Shown: positions 46,963 through 56,907 of the stretch, in pieces | Layout of the letters: each line of letters starts with the position of its first letter | Numbering within the stretch: the first letter of the stretch is position 1 | NCBI GenBank assembly: GCA_051883455.1 | Contig: JBJETT010000012.1 | Span: forward strand, 64,833 to 128,832 | Direction: 5' to 3' | Source of the DNA: Christensenellales bacterium | GTDB lineage: Bacteria > Bacillota > Clostridia > Christensenellales > UBA3700 | Length of the DNA stretch: 64,000 bases | Translations under genes and position numbers: made by a program | Notes under the pieces: generated by a model | Databases searched by the model: none | The model's input: only the letters and a program-made list of their open reading frames with translations | What the model was told of the DNA's origin: nothing

Positions 46963-48588
46963 TTAAGTCGATAGAACCGAGTCAATATCAATCTTATAGT
47001 AGATATGAATCTCCTGCGGTTTTCCCGTAACCGTTTCTTTACCGCCGATGACAAGGTGATCGAATAACGCCAAACACATTTCACGGGTGAGCGTAGGAGA
47101 ATTAAAATACATTTTCAGCCTTAGGATAAATTCGTCCACGTCCGTCTTTACTTGCGTCAATTCTTCGATTCCCTGCGTAAGAGTGGTTACTTTCTCTTTC
47201 AGTTCCGTCTGTTCGGCGGTGTACTTTTCGATTAACTTCACGCACACGCTTTCGGGAATTATGCCTGCAACTTTTTCTTCAAACGCAGCTTCAATTAGCT
47301 TGTCAAGTTCGGTTAATCGCTTGTCGGCTCTTTTAAGATCTTTCTTGACGTCGGCTTGATTTCTGTCCGCAAGCGTCGCTTGCCGTTCCAGATACTGCCG
47401 TTTGAATTCCGCTTCGTGCCCTATAATCATTTTGGCTTTTGCGGCAATATCGTTTTTGACAATCTGTTCCAAAACGGGTACCGTAATGAAATGACTGAAA
47501 CAAGCAGACGATCCTAACCGTGATTTACTTCCGCAGTTGAAGTTGAAATACGGAATATCTTTCGGCATATTCCAACCAAGCCGCATTTTAGCGCCGCAGT
47601 CCGCGCAGAACATCAGTCCCGATAACGGGTGCATAAAACCTCTTGCAGTATGCTTTCCGTGTCCTATGGCTTTTTCGACCTCCTTGACTTTATCCCAGAG
47701 TTCTTTCGAGATAATGGCTGGGTGTGCGTTTTCGACGATAATCCATTCTTCTTCAGGACGGCGTTGCCACTTATGGTTCTTGTATGAAATTGTAGTTGAT
47801 TTGTGTTGAACTAAATTGCCGATATACGCCTGATTGTTCAGTAGAGTACGGAGAGCGGAAGTACTCCATAGGTGAGCAGAATTTCTGACGCCGTTTATGC
47901 CCGTCTTTGCAATGCGGTAATCGTTGGGCGTTAATACCTTTTCGACGTTGAGAATATCCGCTATCTTTCTCGGCGTTAAGTCGCTTGCCCGCATTTCAAA
48001 AATGCGTTTTACAATAGGTGCGGTTTCTTCGTTTATTTGCAGGGTACGTTTTTCGTCCGTTCCAAGTATGTAACCGTACGGCGGGTGGGACATTCCGTTT
48101 TTGCCTTCCTTTGCGTTCTTGATACGCACGGCGCGCAACTTCTTGCTTGTGGTTGCCGCCCACCATTCGTTAAACACGTTGGTAATCGGCATCATATCCA
48201 TAGCGGGAGTGTCTTTTTTCTCCGTGTCGATATTGTCCGATAGCGCCACAAACCGTATTCCGAACGTAGGGAAGACGTAATCGAGATACTGTCCTACCAT
48301 AATGTAGTTTCTTCCGAAACGGCTCATATCCTTTACGAGAATAGTATTGATAACCCCTTGCTTAGCGTCTTCGAGTAATCTCTTTACTCCCGGTCTTTCA
48401 AACGTGGTTCCCGAAATTCCGTCGTCCACATAAATATTATGGAGGGTCCAGCCCTGTTCTTCGATATACTCTGAAAGGATAGCCTTTTGGTTTTCGATAG
48501 ATAGCGATTCGCCAGCACGTTCGTCGTCTCGGCTTAATCTTACGTACATTCCGACAATGTAGTCTTTGTTGTTTTGCTTTGATTTCAT
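46963..48588 (-). CDS. large serine recombinase (TnpX/TndX-like)
   Basis: Catalytic domain YVRLSRDDERAGESLSIENQ...VKDMSRFGRN, a recombinase domain, a Cys-rich zinc ribbon (CADCGAKM...CGSK) and a C-terminal coiled coil. The start is moved to MKSKQNN at 48588 (AGGAGT RBS). Confidence 0.9.
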   Translation of the reverse strand: MKSKQNNKDYIVGMYVRLSRDDERAGESLSIENQKAILSEYIEEQGWTLHNIYVDDGISGTTFERPGVKRLLEDAKQGVINTILVKDMSRFGRNYIMVGQYLDYVFPTFGIRFVALSDNIDTEKKDTPAMDMMPITNVFNEWWAATTSKKLRAVRIKNAKEGKNGMSHPPYGYILGTDEKRTLQINEETAPIVKRIFEMRASDLTPRKIADILNVEKVLTPNDYRIAKTGINGVRNSAHLWSTSALRTLLNNQAYIGNLVQHKSTTISYKNHKWQRRPEEEWIIVENAHPAIISKELWDKVKEVEKAIGHGKHTARGFMHPLSGLMFCADCGAKMRLGWNMPKDIPYFNFNCGSKSRLGSSACFSHFITVPVLEQIVKNDIAAKAKMIIGHEAEFKRQYLERQATLADRNQADVKKDLKRADKRLTELDKLIEAAFEEKVAGIIPESVCVKLIEKYTAEQTELKEKVTTLTQGIEELTQVKTDVDEFILRLKMYFNSPTLTREMCLALFDHLVIGGKETVTGKPQEIHIYYKIDIDSVLST

Positions 48589-49194
48589 TCTTTTACTCCT
48601 TTGAATCAAAGCAGCCTGAATTTTCAATGTGCTATGATTATACCACGACACACCAAAAAATTCAAGCTACCCGATAATATATTTAGTTTGCAGAATTTTT
48701 CATTTCCGCAAGTACTTGTCTGAAAGCCAAATCGCCGAATACCTTTTTGAAGTCTTTGCCTCCGACGTAATGACTTACGACTACGTACTTTTTTCCGTTT
48801 ATGATCTCGGTATGAGAAGTAGTAGGAACGCTGTCTCTCCCGTTGATCAGCTGTGTTGATGCTCTGTTCGTAATTTTCCCTCCTATATCTTGTTAATTTG
48901 TCATTCATATTCAGTTTTCATATTTAATTCCTCCGTGTCGTCGCCGCAAACTTTGCTTTGAGCCGCCCTTTGGCACAGACGGCAACATTGCGTCGTTGCG
49001 GCTCCTCTTCCCACAAAAATATTTCATCTTTTTGCGGAAACCCTTTTGCACGATTCCTTAATGCGGTTTATCCGCATAACCGTTCAAACGGCATTTTTTC
49101 GTATAAAAAAGCCGTGATTACTCTTTCAATCCTTTTACCTTTTCACATTCATTAGGACGTATTCTTCACGGTCATTTTTTGTCTTATTCAGTTG

Positions 49195-50166
49195 TTACTT
49201 TCCGCCTTTACCGTTTGCGTTACTATGTACGTTAAAGGAAGAAGACGGGGTTTTCTTTTCTCTTGACTTCTTTAATAGTTCGTCGAATTCTTTGGGGTAT
49301 GCGCTCATCATATCCGCTACCATTCCGAACGCTGCGTCGTTTGCCTTGGCTTTGCGTTCCGCTTTTTGCAGTTGCGCAAACAGAGAATCGGTATCTCTGT
49401 TTTTGATAGCGATATACTCTTTGTAGGCGGCGTTTTGCGTTCGCAGACTTTCTATTTCCGCCTCAACAGCCTTCCGCATTTTGGGGATAGGCTTGTTTTT
49501 CGCATCTTCAACTACTTGAACAGTCTGCGTTAATTCGTCCAGCTCGGCTCTCTTTTTCTCGGTCTGTTCGTCGATTTCTCTTTCACGCTGTTCTGCACTC
49601 TCGATTATCTTCTTTGCCTTAAATTCTGCCGTGGAGAGGTGCTTTGCCTGACTGCCTTCCTTGCCTCGTTGTAATCCCCATTTCTTGCCGATTCTCTCGT
49701 GCAATTCGGTTTGGAGTTCGGCAAGTTTCTGCCTGTCAAAAAGACTTTTACTGCTCAACCGTCCTTGGTTGACAGGAATGAAATTGAGGTGCATATGCGG
49801 CGTGGTTTCATCCATATGTACGACTGCGGAAATCATATTTTCTTCCCCGTACTTGTCCGAAAAGAACTGCACACAGTCCTTGAAAAATTCCTGCTGTTCC
49901 CACGGGTATAGCCCCTTAAAAAACTCGCCGTCCGACGTTACTATAAACGAATTCATAAGAATAGCGTCCGAACGGATTTTGCGTTTTAAATCCAACTCCG
50001 ATAGCCTCTCGTTGATTATCTCCATATAGCTTTTCCTCGGCAATATAAGGTGATAATTGAGGTGCGTTCTCGAACTGTCTATCTGCGGATTGCTCGCCTG
50101 ATAGGTCTCGTCTCTTTCATTTTCCTCCTCGACAGGGCTGACTTCCTGCCGTTTATATTTTTCCAT
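49195..50166 (-). CDS. MobV-family relaxase (Mob/Pre plasmid recombination enzyme) with an atypical N-terminus
   Basis: NPQIDSSRTHLNYHL and the HMDETTPHMHLNFIP (HxDExxPHxH) motif, then a coiled-coil C-terminal half. The usual MSY...HNxR N-terminal segment is replaced (ENER). Confidence 0.8.
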   Translation of the reverse strand: MEKYKRQEVSPVEEENERDETYQASNPQIDSSRTHLNYHLILPRKSYMEIINERLSELDLKRKIRSDAILMNSFIVTSDGEFFKGLYPWEQQEFFKDCVQFFSDKYGEENMISAVVHMDETTPHMHLNFIPVNQGRLSSKSLFDRQKLAELQTELHERIGKKWGLQRGKEGSQAKHLSTAEFKAKKIIESAEQREREIDEQTEKKRAELDELTQTVQVVEDAKNKPIPKMRKAVEAEIESLRTQNAAYKEYIAIKNRDTDSLFAQLQKAERKAKANDAAFGMVADMMSAYPKEFDELLKKSREKKTPSSSFNVHSNANGKGGK

Positions 50167-50206
50167 ATGACATACTAAATAACTGATAATTTTTTCCTCC
50201 TACACC

Positions 50207-50271
50207 GCTTGCGCCTTGCACTATGCGCAAGCTCATCTCGGCTTGCCCAAACAGCGCACTGTGCTGTTTGG
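50207..50271 (-). other. candidate oriT (two inverted repeats immediately upstream of the relaxase gene)
   Basis: GCTTGCGC-N10-GCGCAAGC (50207-50232) and CCAAACAGC-GCACTGT-GCTGTTTGG (50247-50271). Confidence 0.4.
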
Positions 50272-50388
50272 AAAACTGCAAGCCTCGTCTCACAGAGCGA
50301 ACGGAACTTATGAAATAAGTGTAGTGAGTTACACCTATGATAAGGACATAGGTTTTGCTTCCCGTTTGCTTCCAAGTTGCTTGACATA

Positions 50389-51063
50389 TTAACCGCTTGC
50401 TCCTTTGCGACTGCGGAAGGTTTCAACTGCCTTATACAAAGACATTGAATGAGTATCTTCGTTTTCCTTTACAAACTCGTAAAGCTCGTTTACATCCACA
50501 CCGTCTAATATCGGATTCTGAAAACTTAAATTCCCCGTACAGCCGAACACTTTTAATTCATCTATCGTGTGTAAAGTAGTAGGAGTTTCCTGCTTAGGTT
50601 TCTTTGCTGTACCGCCTTTGCTTCCTGCCTTTCTCCGTTTAATGGAAGTGTTTAGAGTTAGCAACGTTAACTCGTAATACTTCTTGACTGTAGCAGATAA
50701 TTCCTTGGGTTGTCTGCCGTTGAACGCTAACTCGCATATTGCCTGCAAGTATTCCTTCGCTTTGTCATCTTCAAGGGATAGCATTTTGTTGTAATAGTTC
50801 CTGCGGAAAGTGAAGTGCTTCCATTTGGCGTTGTATGCCTTGGGCGTTTTGACTTGCAGTTCCTTTTCCCGTTGCGGAGCCAATACTTCCACAAGATCTT
50901 CCCAGATAAGTGCCTGAGTTTTGTCTGTAGGTGTTTCCTCGTTTCCGTCCAGCATATAGCGGCATATATGCCCGATAATGCTCTTTACGGTTGCCCCGTC
51001 CTCGTCCTTCACCAAATCCCAATATGGCTGGTAAAAAGTAAATTTGTCTTGTTTGTTTTCCAT
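50389..51063 (-). CDS. hypothetical protein of the mobile element
   Basis: 224-aa ORF in the same orientation as the mob gene. No motif recognised. Confidence 0.55.
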   Translation of the reverse strand: MENKQDKFTFYQPYWDLVKDEDGATVKSIIGHICRYMLDGNEETPTDKTQALIWEDLVEVLAPQREKELQVKTPKAYNAKWKHFTFRRNYYNKMLSLEDDKAKEYLQAICELAFNGRQPKELSATVKKYYELTLLTLNTSIKRRKAGSKGGTAKKPKQETPTTLHTIDELKVFGCTGNLSFQNPILDGVDVNELYEFVKENEDTHSMSLYKAVETFRSRKGASG

Positions 51064-51330
51064 TTCATTCTCCTTTTAATGTTTGATTTAATTACAAAAG
51101 CGGAACTGTTAATTACAGCTCCGCTTTTAGGTTGGTGTTATTCAGTTGTCTTTCAATTTGGTGGTGCTCGTGCCATGTCTTTCTCCTTTTTCGGTATAAG
51201 AAAAACCTGCAACAGACTTGTTACAGGTTTTATACCGTTTATTTTGTTGAAGGGGTCTTATCTACCCTCTCACTTATATAAGGACAACTACTGCCCGAAA
51301 TTATGCAAGTAATTTAAATAATTAAAAGTT

Positions 51331-52536
51331 TTATGCTTTCAACGTCTGCCAACGCTTTTTCTCCTTTGCCGGTAGACGGCTTATTATCTTTTCTATCTGT
51401 TCCGAAATGGGAGTAGTCTCGTCATCTGCCATAAAACGGACGTTTAACTGTTTCTTTGCAAAATCAATAAACTGATTTGTATTTCGTTCTTCAAGGTATG
51501 GCACAAATTTGGTTTCAAAATATTCCATAGGCTTCATTTTTGCCGCCTTAGCGACTTTTACAAGTTCCGTAATAAACTCTTTATATCTGTAATCTTTGGG
51601 TTTGGTAAAGCGTTCTTCACGCCGTTCAATCTCCTCTTGCAAGTGCAGGTACAGCCATTGATATTCAATGGGTAAATCGGTCATATAAGTCCAAAAATAA
51701 CCACGTATTGTCAGGTCCTTTAAGGTAAACATTTCCCGATATACGTTTCCCTGCGACAGGTCGTCCAACCGATAATATAGCAAGTTCTTAATGCCGTAAC
51801 GGTAGAGTTCAGTCTGCGTATAAAACCAACAGCGCAAACGTTCTTCTTCCTGCGGGAGTAGGCAGGAGAGGAAGTCGGTCATAACCACGTTTTCATTGTG
51901 CTCTAACTTACCAGTCTTGCGGTAGCGGTTGTAGAGGTAGTCTACCTCAATATCGATTGAGCCACGACTGCCGTCGTCTAAGGATTGCTTATCAAACGCC
52001 TCGGTAAGTTGTTGTAATAACCTCGATACCTGATATTGTTTTAACTTTAAATGCTTGGCTATTTCCTCTTGAGTGCAGTCGTATTTGTAGTATAAATCAT
52101 ACAACCTTTTACCGAATTTAGTCAGTTTAGAGTACAGACTATTCCTGTCAATATTATCGCAATTGTCCCTCTCGCAGGTTAGGCTTTTCTCGTCCGCTTG
52201 ATGTTCCATAGGGTCGTCTTCTTCGCCGTCCTCGTCCTCGTAAACAGGGAATCGGGCAAAGTAGCGGTCATCATAAAACTTTAAGTCGTGCCTTAATGCT
52301 TTCTTATTAAAGGCGTATAATGCCGTCCATTGTTCCTTGGTAACTTCGGTTTTAATTGTTATGCCGTCAACCTTTTGGAAGTAATAATACATACCTTCCG
52401 TCTTAGCCTTTTTCGGGTAACGGTTTAGATAATATTCCTCATTCTCCTGCCAGCAAAGCGGATCCTTTGCATGCAACGGCTCTCTTTTCTTCGCCTTAAT
52501 CTTCCTTTTCTCGTCCATTCCCGTCTTTTTACGCAA
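51331..52536 (-). CDS. hypothetical protein with a sigma-70 region-4-like helix-turn-helix
   Basis: 401 aa. The segment CTQEEIAKHLKLKQYQVSRLLQQL looks like an HTH. Confidence 0.55.
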   Translation of the reverse strand: MRKKTGMDEKRKIKAKKREPLHAKDPLCWQENEEYYLNRYPKKAKTEGMYYYFQKVDGITIKTEVTKEQWTALYAFNKKALRHDLKFYDDRYFARFPVYEDEDGEEDDPMEHQADEKSLTCERDNCDNIDRNSLYSKLTKFGKRLYDLYYKYDCTQEEIAKHLKLKQYQVSRLLQQLTEAFDKQSLDDGSRGSIDIEVDYLYNRYRKTGKLEHNENVVMTDFLSCLLPQEEERLRCWFYTQTELYRYGIKNLLYYRLDDLSQGNVYREMFTLKDLTIRGYFWTYMTDLPIEYQWLYLHLQEEIERREERFTKPKDYRYKEFITELVKVAKAAKMKPMEYFETKFVPYLEERNTNQFIDFAKKQLNVRFMADDETTPISEQIEKIISRLPAKEKKRWQTLKA

Positions 52537-52589
52537 ACATACGTTTATAATTTTTCTTGTATTATAAACCTATCTTCACAAAAAGTCAA

Positions 52590-52623
52590 CAGCCAAATGT
52601 CCACGTTCATGGACATTTGGCTG
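52590..52623. promoter_or_regulatory. perfect 14-bp inverted repeat in a divergent promoter region (candidate TetR operator)
   Basis: CAGCCAAATGTCCA-CGTTCA-TGGACATTTGGCTG, between the divergent 401-aa gene and the TetR gene. Confidence 0.4.
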
Positions 52624-52749
52624 TTTGTGGTGAGTTTTTTATGATTTTGTATAAGTAATAAGTGAGAAGTTAAGCGGAATCACTTGACATACGACCGTTC
52701 GGTAGGTATAATTATATTATGATATGATAGCAGATAAGGAGTATGCGCA

Positions 52750-53364
52750 ATGGATAAAGGAAATACAAAGCGTGAAATTCTGAATGTGGCGCTTGATTTA
52801 TTTTCAACGCAGGGATTCGAGGCGACTTCGATTTCACAGATAGCAGAAGCCGTCGGGATTCGCAAGGCGTCGCTTTACAGTCATTTCGAGAGCAAGCAGG
52901 CTGTTTTGGACGCTTTGATGCTTCAGGTGTTGGAAGGATATGCAAAGCAATCACTCTTTGCCAAGCCGAAACGGCAAGTTGGCGACGGCGCTTGTCCTAT
53001 AACCTGCGACGAGGTTGTAAGTCTGGTAAAAAGCCAGATAAATTATATTCTTCACGACCCCTTTATCCGTAAAGCCAGAAAGATGCTTACTATCGAACAG
53101 TTCAGGAATCAGGAACTTGCTGACCTTCAAACCAAGCAGAACTATACCGACGTAATGCATTATTTTACCAACCTTGTGATTTGTCTGCAAGAGCAAGGCG
53201 TTATAGACGGCGACGACCCCGAAATCATGGCGGCACAGTTCTGTCTGCCGATTACCGTATGGATAAACCTATGCGACCGTGAACCGGACCGAGAGACGGA
53301 AGTTATGGAATTGGTGGATAAGCATATTCGGCAGTTTTTTAAACTCTATCAGCCAAAGGCTTAG
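52750..53364 (+). CDS. TetR/AcrR family transcriptional regulator
   Basis: N-terminal KREILNVALDLFSTQGFEATSISQIAEAVGIRKASLYSHF. Confidence 0.85.
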   Translation: MDKGNTKREILNVALDLFSTQGFEATSISQIAEAVGIRKASLYSHFESKQAVLDALMLQVLEGYAKQSLFAKPKRQVGDGACPITCDEVVSLVKSQINYILHDPFIRKARKMLTIEQFRNQELADLQTKQNYTDVMHYFTNLVICLQEQGVIDGDDPEIMAAQFCLPITVWINLCDREPDRETEVMELVDKHIRQFFKLYQPKA

Positions 53365-53411
53365 TGAATTTATGAGTAAATACGATGCTTTGTGGGTGCG
53401 GAGGGGTTATT

Positions 53412-53615
53412 ATGACAATGTGGAATCCGTGGAGAGGCTGTAAAAAATGCAGTGACGGGTGTCTGCATTGCTATATTCATAAAGACGATGCCAAGCGCAA
53501 TATAAACACAAACGACATTTTAAGAACCAAAGATTTTTCTAAACCCACAGAGAAATTGAAAAACGGCAATTACAAAATGAAAAGCGGAATGGAGAGGTTC
53601 TGGCGGCGGCACTGA
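53412..53615 (+). pseudogene. 5' remnant of a DUF5131 (phage Gp37/Gp68-like) gene
   Basis: MWNPWRGCKKCSDGCLHCYIH matches the family N-terminus, but the ORF stops after about 67 aa (the family is about 250 aa by my recollection). Confidence 0.5.
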
Positions 53616-53725
53616 GAATATGAATACGTTATGCAACTCGGTCGAATAATTATCACGTCTAAACAACTCTACACTATAACACCAAGGTTGACTGTTATGT
53701 TATAATTATTTAAAAGGTGTGGATT

Positions 53726-54460
53726 ATGACGACGTATAGAACAGCCGAGGTTGCCGAAATAATCGGAATACACCCGAACACGGTACGGCTATATGAAAAA
53801 TTAAAACTCATTTCAAAGCCCGAAAGGCTACAAAACGGCTATCGGGTATTTACAGACCTTCATATTCAGCAATGCCGACTAGTGCGAATTGCATATCAGG
53901 TAGAAATATTGCAAAACGGTTTACGAAAGAAAATTACTGCAATAATAAAGACCTGCGCTACGGGAGATTTTGACACTGCCGTTTTACTGACGGACGAATA
54001 CCTTAATCAGATAGAAAGAGAACGTATCAACGCCGAAGAAGCCGTTGAAATCGTTAAACAACTGCTATCTTGCCCAAAAGTAACCAACACGCAATTTTTA
54101 AAGCTGAAAGAAGTATCGAAAGTCGTTGGCGTTTCTACGGACTCTATACGGAATTGGGAAATGAACGGGTTGCTCACCGCCAAGAGAAAAGAGAACGGGT
54201 ATCGCATTTACACGGACGACGACGTGCAACGGCTTAAAGTAATTCGCACATTGCGGTGCGCTAACTATTCCTTGGAAGCGATTTTACGACTATTGAATCA
54301 GTTGTCCAAAAACCCTGATACGGATATATTAACCACGCTGAATACCCCGAAGCAGTCGGACGATATCGTTTCCGTTTGCGACAGGCTGATTGTTTCTCTG
54401 TCTGCGGCTGAGAAAAACGCTAATAGAATGAGAGATATGCTGACAAATATGAAAAATTAA
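53726..54460 (+). CDS. MerR family transcriptional regulator with two MerR HTH domains
   Basis: YRTAEVAEIIGIHPNTVRLYEKLKLI...NGYRVFT and LKEVSKVVGVSTDSIRNWEMNGLL...NGYRIYTDDDV. Confidence 0.8.
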   Translation: MTTYRTAEVAEIIGIHPNTVRLYEKLKLISKPERLQNGYRVFTDLHIQQCRLVRIAYQVEILQNGLRKKITAIIKTCATGDFDTAVLLTDEYLNQIERERINAEEAVEIVKQLLSCPKVTNTQFLKLKEVSKVVGVSTDSIRNWEMNGLLTAKRKENGYRIYTDDDVQRLKVIRTLRCANYSLEAILRLLNQLSKNPDTDILTTLNTPKQSDDIVSVCDRLIVSLSAAEKNANRMRDMLTNMKN

Positions 54461-54472
54461 GGAGAATTTAAA

Positions 54473-55188
54473 ATGAAATACATAAAAAGCGAAAAATACA
54501 ATACCCCTGCATTGCAGGCTAAAATAATGGGTCCCAACCCTATTAAATTAGAGGAAGAATTATTAATTAATCACCAAATACCGGAAGGCGCCGTTGTCTG
54601 CGATTTAGGAAGCGGACAGGGCTTAACAAGCGTATTCCTTGCTAAAGAATACGGCTTTACCGTATATGCAGCAGACTTATGGAGCAATCCTGAAGATAAC
54701 CGTAGGTTTTTTGACGAAATGGGGCTGGATAAAATCAAATTATCCCCGTCAAGGCAGACGCTACGGATTTACCGTTTGAAAAGGAATTTTTCGATGCGGT
54801 TGTCAGTATAGATTCTTATAACTATTTTGGAAGAGACGAACGCTATCTTGACGATAACCTTTTACCGTTTATTAAAAAAGGCGGATATATCTACGTTGCT
54901 ATTCCGGGGATGAAGAAAGACTGTCACGATAATTTACCGCAGGAGCTTTTATTGTCCTGGACGCGAGAACAGCTTGAGTATATGCACGATATTGACTATT
55001 GGACTAATATATTTAAAAAAAGTAAGGGAGCTGAAATAATTTCAATTAAAGAAATGGAAAGCAACGATGAAGCGTGGGCAGATTGGTTGAAGCAAGACAA
55101 TGAATACGCTATTGGCGATAGAAAAGCAATGGAAGCAGGCGGCGGCAAATATTTAAATTCTATTGCGATTGTAATGAGAAAAAAATAA
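54473..55188 (+). pseudogene. class I SAM-dependent methyltransferase, frameshifted
   Basis: VCDLGSGQGLTSVFLA (motif I) in the first frame. After GATAAAATCAAATTATCCCC (about 54729-54748) the protein continues in another frame as IIPVKADATDLPFEKEFFDAVVSIDSYNYFG...IPGMKKD, joining ORF 54910-55188. Confidence 0.75.
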
Positions 55189-55232
55189 TTCGGTGTAGTG
55201 TGAATAACACTCAATCCGAGAGATGATAACGT

Positions 55233-55991
55233 ATGGTTGGAATATATTTAAGCGGTACGGGAAATACAAAGCACTGTATTGAAAAACTAATAAACTTATT
55301 GGATGTCTCTGCAAGGACAATACCCTTAGAGAGCGAAGACGTTATTGAAGAAATAGAAAATAATACCACCGTAATTTTGGGATATCCGATACAGTATTCT
55401 AACGCACCTTATATGGTTAGAGAGTTTATAAAGAAAAATAAGGCGTTATGGAACGGTAAAAAGGTATTCTGTGTGGCAACAATGGGGTTATTCAGCGGAG
55501 ACGGTGCCGGCTGCAGCGCAAGATTGCTGAAAAAATACGGCGCAACGATTTTGGGCGGGCTACATATCAAAATGCCTGATTCTGTCTGCGACAACAAAGC
55601 TCTAAAAAAGACGATTGAACAGAATAAGTCTATCGTAATGCAGGCTGATGCAAAAATAGAACTCGCCGCACGGCAAATCGGGGAAGGTAACTACCCCAAA
55701 GACGGATTATCTTTCTTCTCTCACTTTGCAGGACTATTTGGGCAAAGACTTTGGTTTTACAGGAAAACAGCCGGATATACGGATAAATTAAAAATTAGCG
55801 AAAAGTGTATCGGTTGCGGACTATGTGCTTCTCAATGCCCGATGAAAAATATATCGATTATAGACGGGAAAGCGGTAGCTAATAATAAGTGTACGATGTG
55901 TTATAGGTGTATAAGTCGGTGTCCCGAAAAAGCCATTACTCTGATTGGTGACGAAGTAATAGAACAATGCCGATATGAGAAATACTGTTAA
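55233..55991 (+). CDS. EFR1-like flavodoxin-fold protein with a 2x[4Fe-4S] ferredoxin domain
   Basis: N-terminal IYLSGTGNTKHC, and C-terminal CIGCGLCASQCP...CTMCYRCISRCP. Confidence 0.65.
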   Translation: MVGIYLSGTGNTKHCIEKLINLLDVSARTIPLESEDVIEEIENNTTVILGYPIQYSNAPYMVREFIKKNKALWNGKKVFCVATMGLFSGDGAGCSARLLKKYGATILGGLHIKMPDSVCDNKALKKTIEQNKSIVMQADAKIELAARQIGEGNYPKDGLSFFSHFAGLFGQRLWFYRKTAGYTDKLKISEKCIGCGLCASQCPMKNISIIDGKAVANNKCTMCYRCISRCPEKAITLIGDEVIEQCRYEKYC

Positions 55992-56184
55992 CCAAACCAC
56001 AATTTAGGTACTTCATAATAAATAATGCAGAGCTGACAAACCAACGATTTATCATGGTTTTTCGGCTCTGTTTTAAGTTTTTAATATTACGAGACAATAA
56101 AAAGAAACTTTTTTACCCTCCACTTTACCACCAACGTTCTCGTCGGTGGTATTCTTTTTACAAATAAAAAAAGGAGACGATATT

Positions 56185-56907
56185 ATGCAAACTGTAATCA
56201 AAGTGGAGAGGTTGTCAAAGACATACGGCAATCTGCTTGCGATAGACAATCTTAGTTTGTCTGTAGAACGCGGTACTGTTTACGGGCTGCTCGGCGCAAA
56301 CGGTGCAGGAAAGAGCACTACCATAGAGTGCATTTTAGGGACAAAAACAGCGGACAGCGGTACGGTAAGCGTTTTAGGGCATAGTCCCAAAAAGGACAGA
56401 AAAAAGCTTTTTCAAAAGGTAGGCGTACAATTTCAGGAGTGTGACTACCAGCCTGAAATCAAGGTTTACGAACTGTGCGAGGAGATTGCCTGCCTTTACA
56501 AAAATCCGTCCGATTGGAAGGAGCTGTGTGTTAAGTTCGGTATAGGGGACAAGTTAAAAAGCACGGTAAAAAATCTTTCAGGCGGTCAAAGACAACGGCT
56601 GTTTATCGTCCTTGCACTTATTCCCAATCCACAACTTGTATTTCTTGACGAGCTGACGACAGGGCTTGACGCAAAGGCACGAAGAGAAGTCTGGAAAATT
56701 TTATCCGACTTAAAAAACAAGGGTTTAACTATCTTTCTGACTTCACATTTTATGGATGAGGTCGAAGCGCTCTGCGACGAGATTTGTATTTTGAAACAAG
56801 GGAAATCCGTATTTCAAGGTACGGTCGAACAGGCAAAAAGTATATGCGATTGCAATAGTTTTGAAGATGCTTACCTTATTCTTTCAGGAGAGGAGGAAGA
56901 AAGATGA
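56185..56907 (+). CDS. ABC transporter ATP-binding protein
   Basis: Walker A GANGAGKSTT, signature LSGGQRQR, Walker B LVFLDELTTGLD. The start is moved to MQTVIKVERL (AAGGAGA RBS). Confidence 0.9.
   Translation: MQTVIKVERLSKTYGNLLAIDNLSLSVERGTVYGLLGANGAGKSTTIECILGTKTADSGTVSVLGHSPKKDRKKLFQKVGVQFQECDYQPEIKVYELCEEIACLYKNPSDWKELCVKFGIGDKLKSTVKNLSGGQRQRLFIVLALIPNPQLVFLDELTTGLDAKARREVWKILSDLKNKGLTIFLTSHFMDEVEALCDEICILKQGKSVFQGTVEQAKSICDCNSFEDAYLILSGEEEER

Noticed and set aside
50175-50426. 83-aa ORF upstream of the relaxase gene.
   Set aside because: It overlaps the inverted repeats proposed as oriT, has an odd composition and has no RBS.
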